From assembly GCA_965657355.1 (NCBI GenBank), contig CBFHOE010000005.1, forward strand, positions 32,001 to 96,000: a stretch of DNA of 64,000 nucleotides, written 5' to 3'. A model generated the notes under the pieces. That model searched no databases. It was not told the origin of the DNA and saw nothing but the letters and a program-made list of their open reading frames with translations. Shown here one piece after another: positions 58,383-64,000 of this stretch (position 1 is the stretch's first letter; the number at the start of each line of letters is the position of its first letter). This stretch comes from Limisphaerales bacterium (GTDB taxonomy: Bacteria; Verrucomicrobiota; Verrucomicrobiia; Limisphaerales; JAJOIW01). Both the position numbers and the translations under genes were made by a program.

Positions 58383-59573
58383 ATGAAATATCGAAGATTT
58401 GGAAAAACAGAGGAACAAATACCTGTCATTTCTTGTGGTGGAATGAGATACCAGCACAAATGGGATGATGTACCACTTGAAGAAGTTCCCTCTGCAAACC
58501 AAGAGAATTTAAAGAAAACAATTTTTAGGTCTCTGGATTTGGGAATAAATCACATAGAAACAGCGCGAGACTATGGCACTTCTGAAATGCAACTGGGACT
58601 CGTGCTCCCGCAGCTGCCACGTGATGAAATATTAGTGCAGACAAAAATCCCACCATTCGCCAACCCGAAAGATTTTGTGAATACTTTCAACAAATCCATG
58701 GATTATTTAAATCTGGATTATGTCGACTTTTTATCAATTCATGGGATCAACAATCAGGAATTACTGGATTATTCAATTGCTCCAGGAGGGTGCCTTGATG
58801 CGGCGCGAAAACTTCAAAATGAAGGACGCTGCAAGCACGTTGGCTTCGCCACACATGCAACAACAGATATTATCCATAAAGCATTAGAGACCAATGGTTT
58901 CGACTATATAAATTTGCATTGGTATTTTGTTAATGACCTCAACAAGTCTGCTATCGAATTGGCGCATTCCCAAGATATGGGAGTCTTCATTATTAGCCCA
59001 AATGACAAGGGAGGAAAATTGTATGAACCGTCCCCTAAACTCACGGACCTTTGCTCCCCTCTTACCCCAATGCAATTCAATGATTTGTATTGCCTGAGAG
59101 ATCCAAAAATACACACCCTAAGCTGCGGTGCTGCTAAACCGACGGACTTTGATGAGCATGTGGCAGCGGTCGATATGCTCGATGATGCCGAGAAATTAAC
59201 GAACCCAATTGAAAAGAAGCTGAGAGAGGAAATGGAGAAAGTTCTTGGTAAGGATTGGTGTGAAGGATGGTGGAAAGGCCTCCCAAACTATGTTGATGTC
59301 CCAAATGAGGTGAATATTGTTGAAATTCTTCGACTTTGGACTTATTCAAAGGCGCTAGATATATCTGGATGGGGGAAAATGAGGTATAATTTACTGGATG
59401 GAGCTGCTGAACATTGGTTTCCAGGAAGAAAAGTGCCGGTAAATAACATCGATTCCATTGCTCCTGCCCTGGAAAACAGCCCATTTAAGGAAAAACTGCC
59501 AGCCATTCTCAAGGAGGCTCATAAATTGCTCGATGATACCCCTATGAAAAGGTTATCTCAAAGCGATGAATAA
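58383..59573 (+). CDS. Aldo/keto reductase family oxidoreductase
   Basis: Motifs MKYRRFGKT, GGMR, GINHIETARDYG and DYVDFLSIHG. Confidence 0.88.
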   Translation: MKYRRFGKTEEQIPVISCGGMRYQHKWDDVPLEEVPSANQENLKKTIFRSLDLGINHIETARDYGTSEMQLGLVLPQLPRDEILVQTKIPPFANPKDFVNTFNKSMDYLNLDYVDFLSIHGINNQELLDYSIAPGGCLDAARKLQNEGRCKHVGFATHATTDIIHKALETNGFDYINLHWYFVNDLNKSAIELAHSQDMGVFIISPNDKGGKLYEPSPKLTDLCSPLTPMQFNDLYCLRDPKIHTLSCGAAKPTDFDEHVAAVDMLDDAEKLTNPIEKKLREEMEKVLGKDWCEGWWKGLPNYVDVPNEVNIVEILRLWTYSKALDISGWGKMRYNLLDGAAEHWFPGRKVPVNNIDSIAPALENSPFKEKLPAILKEAHKLLDDTPMKRLSQSDE

Positions 59574-59671
59574 CTTGATCGCTTTTTCCATCTAATATGA
59601 TAACTTTTATGCTACTCCACCTTGGAAAGGCATAGAGTTTCCTAGAACTTAACACGAGGAAGAAAATCGTA

Positions 59672-62017
59672 ATGAAATCATTAGCTACTCTGATAGGAAT
59701 TCTTTGGATCGGATTGGGACTAGCCTTTCTACCCGAATCCAAGAATGAAGACTCAACGACACCCGCAGAGTCAGAGCCTTCGAGAATAGCGGACTCAGCC
59801 AACCAAGACCAAAATAAAATTCCGGCCGAACCCAAAGACTCTCCGAAAAAAGAACAAAAAGATAACATTGTTTCTGATCAATCCACAAAAGGTTTGGCCG
59901 GCATAATCAGATTAAGTAAAAGTGGCGTTGGTGAAAGCGTCCTTCTATCGTTCGCAAAAAATACTGAGTATAGTGCCCCACTCAATGCAGGTGATATTCT
60001 TTATCTAAGCGAAATGGACGTATCAGAAACCATCATTGCATTGGCAATAGACACGGCTAAACTGCAGCACAAGATAATCTCTCAACTTGAAGACCTCAGT
60101 TTAAATATTTCGGAAGCACAAAAAACGACCTCCACCAATCCAGGGGAAATCGGATCTCAAAATAGAGATAAAACAGAGGGTCCTCAGCCTGATACAATTG
60201 AACAGGATAAAAGTGATTCGACAAACAAGGTGGCTGCTAAAACATCAGGTGAAGCTATTAATCCTCACAATACGACCAATAACTTCCACGAATCAGATGA
60301 ATCTTATGCTGTTGTGCACGCAACTCCAGAGAATGTTGTCGAAGAAGTCGTAGTCGAAGAGCCAGCTTACACTGAAAATGAAAGAGTCTCTGTTTGGCGA
60401 GAAGAACTCACGCCGCATGGTGAATGGATCCAAACTGCGGAGTATGGGCTGTGCTGGAGGCCTCATCTAGTCAGAGTTGACTCCGGATGGAGACCTTATT
60501 ACACAAGTGGCCGCTGGATATACTCAGATCACGGATGGTATTGGAAATCTGGTTACACATGGGGCCACGTCGTCTTTCATCACGGTCGTTGGTGGGATCA
60601 TCCGAGGCATGGATGGCTATGGTATCCAGACGTCGTTTGGGCTCCATCCTGGGTTTCTTTTAGATCCTATGATGCATATTGCGGCTGGGCTCCACTTCCT
60701 CCAAGAGCCGTATTTAGGAGAGATCATGGTTTTTTCTACAGAGGACGCCATGTGGGGGTCAGCTTTGGCTTTGGGTTGGGGTCCAGCGATTTTATTTTTG
60801 TCTCTTACAATAGATTCACCGATCCTTATTTTCATCGGCACCTGCTTTTAGGACCATCCTACTATCACGCCTTTCATCAAAGCACCGTAATTAACAACTA
60901 CAATGTGCATGTGGATAATATGACCGTGATAAATAATGGTATTCCAGTTTCCGAGGTTGAGGGGAAAAGCCAGACAAAGGTTGAAAGAGTGGCCATTAGA
61001 AAATCAACTAGCAAGCTGGCAAATAATAAGAGAGATGCTATCGACCGCACGGGCAAGGTCCCAACCATTTATAGAGAAGATAGAGAGCAGATCATCGCTA
61101 AGTCCCATGGCAAATCTCCGGCTGCTGCAAGAAGCGGCGCAAATGGGCCCGGCAGGATCCCAACAAATTCAAGAGCATCTTATAACTCTCTTGCAAGTGG
61201 TCAAGAATTGGGAACATCAGGGATTATCAATAAATCCTCCAACGCCAAAAGACCATCTAACGATTCCTCATCAAAATTAGCAACATCCAGAACGGTACCT
61301 ACTGGAAACAATTCCAGAAAAAGACAGATCGCTAATAATAGAAACATCAGCTCTTTGCCAAGGTCTCAGGCAACAATCACTACCCGTCCCTCCAATCAGT
61401 CTAGATCTAGTAGATCGGTTCTTGGAACCAAGAACGTTTACACATCTGGAAGCGGCTCAAATTCACGCAGTGTCACAAACGCCTTAACCCCAAAGAAAAA
61501 AGTTGGCACGAGGAATACTGGATATTCTCCGAAAACAATACCTTCAAATCGGATTTGGTCTTCACCTAGCAGACGGGCTAGCAACTCAAATCTGAATACA
61601 AGCAAGTATCAAAGGACCCCCGCAAAAAAGAATAATTCAGTTGCGACTCCAAGAACATCCACCTCGACGAAATCAAGTTCTAAGAGAATTATAAGCAACA
61701 TTCGGACATCTCCTTCTAGAATAAGTAGCCCAAGCACATCGGCTAGAACACCAATTAGAAATTTCAATGGGGGGGGGACCATAACTTCAAAAAGAACAAC
61801 AAGCCCAAGTATTCGATCGAATTCAAGTTATCAAACTAGCCCCTCAAAGGTTAGATCATTGCCGTCCACTTCGCTCAGATCGACCCAAAGCAGGACGAGT
61901 TCTGCACCGTCAGTAAGAAGTAGCTCTTCTTCATCTTCAAGCACTCGTTCGGCACCTAAAGTCATTTCTGGATCGACATCCAGCTCCAGATCATCCTCTC
62001 TGCCATCTAAGCCTTAA
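59672..62017 (+). CDS. Exported protein with a DUF6600-like Trp/Pro-rich domain and a long Ser/Thr/Arg-rich disordered tail
   Basis: Signal or anchor sequence; motifs LTPHGEW, WRPYYTSGRW, HHGRW, WAPSWV and GWAPLPP; the last ~300 aa are low complexity. Confidence 0.75.
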   Translation: MKSLATLIGILWIGLGLAFLPESKNEDSTTPAESEPSRIADSANQDQNKIPAEPKDSPKKEQKDNIVSDQSTKGLAGIIRLSKSGVGESVLLSFAKNTEYSAPLNAGDILYLSEMDVSETIIALAIDTAKLQHKIISQLEDLSLNISEAQKTTSTNPGEIGSQNRDKTEGPQPDTIEQDKSDSTNKVAAKTSGEAINPHNTTNNFHESDESYAVVHATPENVVEEVVVEEPAYTENERVSVWREELTPHGEWIQTAEYGLCWRPHLVRVDSGWRPYYTSGRWIYSDHGWYWKSGYTWGHVVFHHGRWWDHPRHGWLWYPDVVWAPSWVSFRSYDAYCGWAPLPPRAVFRRDHGFFYRGRHVGVSFGFGLGSSDFIFVSYNRFTDPYFHRHLLLGPSYYHAFHQSTVINNYNVHVDNMTVINNGIPVSEVEGKSQTKVERVAIRKSTSKLANNKRDAIDRTGKVPTIYREDREQIIAKSHGKSPAAARSGANGPGRIPTNSRASYNSLASGQELGTSGIINKSSNAKRPSNDSSSKLATSRTVPTGNNSRKRQIANNRNISSLPRSQATITTRPSNQSRSSRSVLGTKNVYTSGSGSNSRSVTNALTPKKKVGTRNTGYSPKTIPSNRIWSSPSRRASNSNLNTSKYQRTPAKKNNSVATPRTSTSTKSSSKRIISNIRTSPSRISSPSTSARTPIRNFNGGGTITSKRTTSPSIRSNSSYQTSPSKVRSLPSTSLRSTQSRTSSAPSVRSSSSSSSSTRSAPKVISGSTSSSRSSSLPSKP

Positions 62018-62115
62018 ATATCTGTTATGTTTTATACATCTGGATAAATAATAATAAGCCATGAGGAAACCAAACTGATACAATCCGGTTATCTTTCTTA
62101 TGGCTTCTACTTAAA

Positions 62116-63075
62116 ATGAGGGCAGATAAAATACTTACATTTTTCCTGTTGTTTTTTTTCAGCTCAACGCCGGGATCGTTTTTTTTATATGGGAATGAGG
62201 TGATATTTAGAACCGGGTTTGAACCCTCTGAAGGCTATGAGCCCATTTTTGACCTTGGAGGAATCAATGGCTGGGTTGGATCAAATGCTGGTGGAAGTGG
62301 GATACCAGAGGACACTTTCTTTGAAGGCGAAGGACAACAAGCATTTATTGGCTTCTCTCCATTTGATCAACTCTCAGAACAAAACTTTAGTTTATTTTTG
62401 TGGAATCCAATCAATTTTATACCTGCCGAAAATGAAAATCCTATTCTTGAGTTTAATGTGACTTTTCAAATTTTGGACTCAGGTACTGGAGGTAGAGATG
62501 ATTTTAGATGGTCGTTTTTTAATACTGAAAACACCAGATTATTCACCTTGGATTTTGATAATTTGACCTTAAGGCTTAATTACGTTCTCGGAAGTAATAG
62601 CGACTTCATAGAAACCCGAACTAGCTTTACCAATACAAACATCTATCAACTCAAAGTAAGAATGGACTTTGAAGCGAATGCTTGGAGCTGCTGGATAGAT
62701 GAAATTCTTGTGATTGAAAACGAATTACTTTTTGAAGAAGGGGTCGCACAATCATTAGGAGATGTTAGCGCAATTTGGGCAGTAAAAGATTCTAGCGATC
62801 CAGGAGATAATTTTATGGTTTTCGATAACTATGAAATTCTAAAAATCAATACCTTAGCCGAAGAGCCCGTTCTTCAGGTCAATATTGTTCGAAGAGAATC
62901 GGGTGCTCTTTTATTAAAAGCGAATGCCAGCATTGAATCCCAATGGATTATTCAAGGATCTGATGATTTAGAAAAATGGAATTTCCTTACAGATGTAGCC
63001 CTAACTCCAGATGGAAGTGAATGGCTTTTGAATCAAGACCAAGAAAAAGGGTTTTGGAGGATCATTCCAAAATGA
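62116..63075 (+). CDS. Secreted hypothetical protein (beta-sandwich-like) with a C-terminal FWR domain
   Basis: Signal-like N-terminus; acidic, beta-rich body; ends ...SDDLEKW...KGFWRIIPK. Confidence 0.7.
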   Translation: MRADKILTFFLLFFFSSTPGSFFLYGNEVIFRTGFEPSEGYEPIFDLGGINGWVGSNAGGSGIPEDTFFEGEGQQAFIGFSPFDQLSEQNFSLFLWNPINFIPAENENPILEFNVTFQILDSGTGGRDDFRWSFFNTENTRLFTLDFDNLTLRLNYVLGSNSDFIETRTSFTNTNIYQLKVRMDFEANAWSCWIDEILVIENELLFEEGVAQSLGDVSAIWAVKDSSDPGDNFMVFDNYEILKINTLAEEPVLQVNIVRRESGALLLKANASIESQWIIQGSDDLEKWNFLTDVALTPDGSEWLLNQDQEKGFWRIIPK

Positions 63076-63123
63076 CTCTACCCTGGGTGTTCGGGTCAGT
63101 TGTTTTCTATTAAATTGGCCAAC

Positions 63124-63160
63124 AAAAAACCACGCATTAATTCTTAATACGTGGCTTTTT
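63124..63160. terminator. Probable bidirectional terminator between convergent genes
   Basis: AAAAAACCACGCATTAA-TTC-TTAATACGTGGCTTTTT. Confidence 0.6.
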
Positions 63161-63183
63161 ATGCTTAAAAATGGAGAAGTTCG

Positions 63184-64000
63184 TCAGCAAATGTGAGCAC
63201 CCTGAGTTTCCACGTATACAGAGTATAATGACTGACTTGCTGTCATAAATAATCGATTACGTTTAGGCCCTCCAAAACAAACATTGGAGCAAATCTCAGG
63301 CAGTAGAATCTGCCCTATCAGATCCCCTTCAGGGGCAAATACCAAGACACCATCAAATCCATGACCGGCCCATCCGGCGCTTGCCCAAATGTTTCCATCT
63401 ATATCGGCCCGGATACCGTCAGAGCCGCCCTTTATTCCATTAACCTCCATCTTACAAAATGAGCGACCATTCTTGAGTGTATTTGAATCAACAACATCCC
63501 ATACCCAAATAGGCTTCGGGGCGGGAGCACCAGTATCAGCGACATAAAGTTTGGTATAATCAGGCGAGAAACAAAGCCCATTCGGCTTAACTAGCTCATC
63601 TGTGACTTTTTGTATTTTACCGTCTTTCGGGTCTATACGATAAACAGCTTCTTTCAATAGAAGGGGCCCTTTGTTGCCCTCATAGTTCATCATGGAGCCG
63701 TAACCAGGATCAGTGAACCAAATACCACCGTCAGGATGGACGACAGCATCGTTCGGGGCATTGAATGGTTTGCCGTTGTAGTGACTAGCGAGGACGGTCA
63801 CTGAGCCGTCGTATTCGTAACGAACGACACGCCTATTACCGTGCTCGCATGATATTTGCCTCCCTTGAAAATCAAAAGTATTTCCATTCGAATTGCCCGA
63901 TGGGGCTCGAAAAACGGAAACTGAGTTATTTTCATTGAGCCACCTGCGCTGGTTATTTGATGGAATATCCGAATATACCAAGTAGCGCCCTACCCCATTC
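63184..64000 (-). CDS. SMP-30/gluconolactonase/LRE family protein (5' end beyond the window)
   Basis: The frame stays open to the edge (NGVGRYLVYSDIP). Motifs SNGNTFD, FNAPND, WFTDPGYG, PNGLCFSPD, DGIRAD and SNVCFGG. Confidence 0.9.
   Translation of the reverse strand, partial: NGVGRYLVYSDIPSNNQRRWLNENNSVSVFRAPSGNSNGNTFDFQGRQISCEHGNRRVVRYEYDGSVTVLASHYNGKPFNAPNDAVVHPDGGIWFTDPGYGSMMNYEGNKGPLLLKEAVYRIDPKDGKIQKVTDELVKPNGLCFSPDYTKLYVADTGAPAPKPIWVWDVVDSNTLKNGRSFCKMEVNGIKGGSDGIRADIDGNIWASAGWAGHGFDGVLVFAPEGDLIGQILLPEICSNVCFGGPKRNRLFMTASQSLYSVYVETQGAHIC

Overview
Bacterial chromosomal window, most likely Verrucomicrobiota. This is inferred from the H-X9-DG prepilin-like genes, a PEP-CTERM protein, long-form IspG, a CotH/lamin-tail surface protein and few Shine-Dalgarno sites. 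The left ~19.6 kb is one minus-strand locus. In transcription order it holds an ankyrin lipoprotein, then a first cassette (prepilin-like H-X9-DG protein, lipoprotein, giant secreted repeat protein). A second cassette follows (octaheme cytochrome c, prepilin-like H-X9-DG protein, small anchored protein, giant secreted repeat protein). The locus ends with a DUF5690 membrane protein and the phnW-phnA-phnY 2-aminoethylphosphonate catabolism genes. The two giant proteins share 8 copies of a ~210-aa acidic, Trp-rich module, and Pho-box-like direct repeats lie upstream of several units, so this is a candidate cell-surface phosphonate/organic-P scavenging system. Next come ppdK carrying an in-frame 130-aa histone-H1-like tail, a 2317-aa PA14/lamin-tail/CotH protein, a REC-PAS-PP2C regulator and a housekeeping block (glnS, ispG, rseP, dxr, cdsA, uppS, purA). 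The right part is mixed: ABC transporter, sulfatase, GNAT, ROK, ClpX-like ATPase, NRAMP-like transporter, PEP-CTERM protein, bioF, bioA, mqnD, aldo/keto reductase, DUF6600-like protein and a partial gluconolactonase. Four otherwise dissimilar secreted proteins end in a similar C-terminal domain (F-Y/F/W-R/I motif). No rRNA, tRNA, CRISPR array or mobile element was recognised. Family calls come from motif recognition, not database searches.
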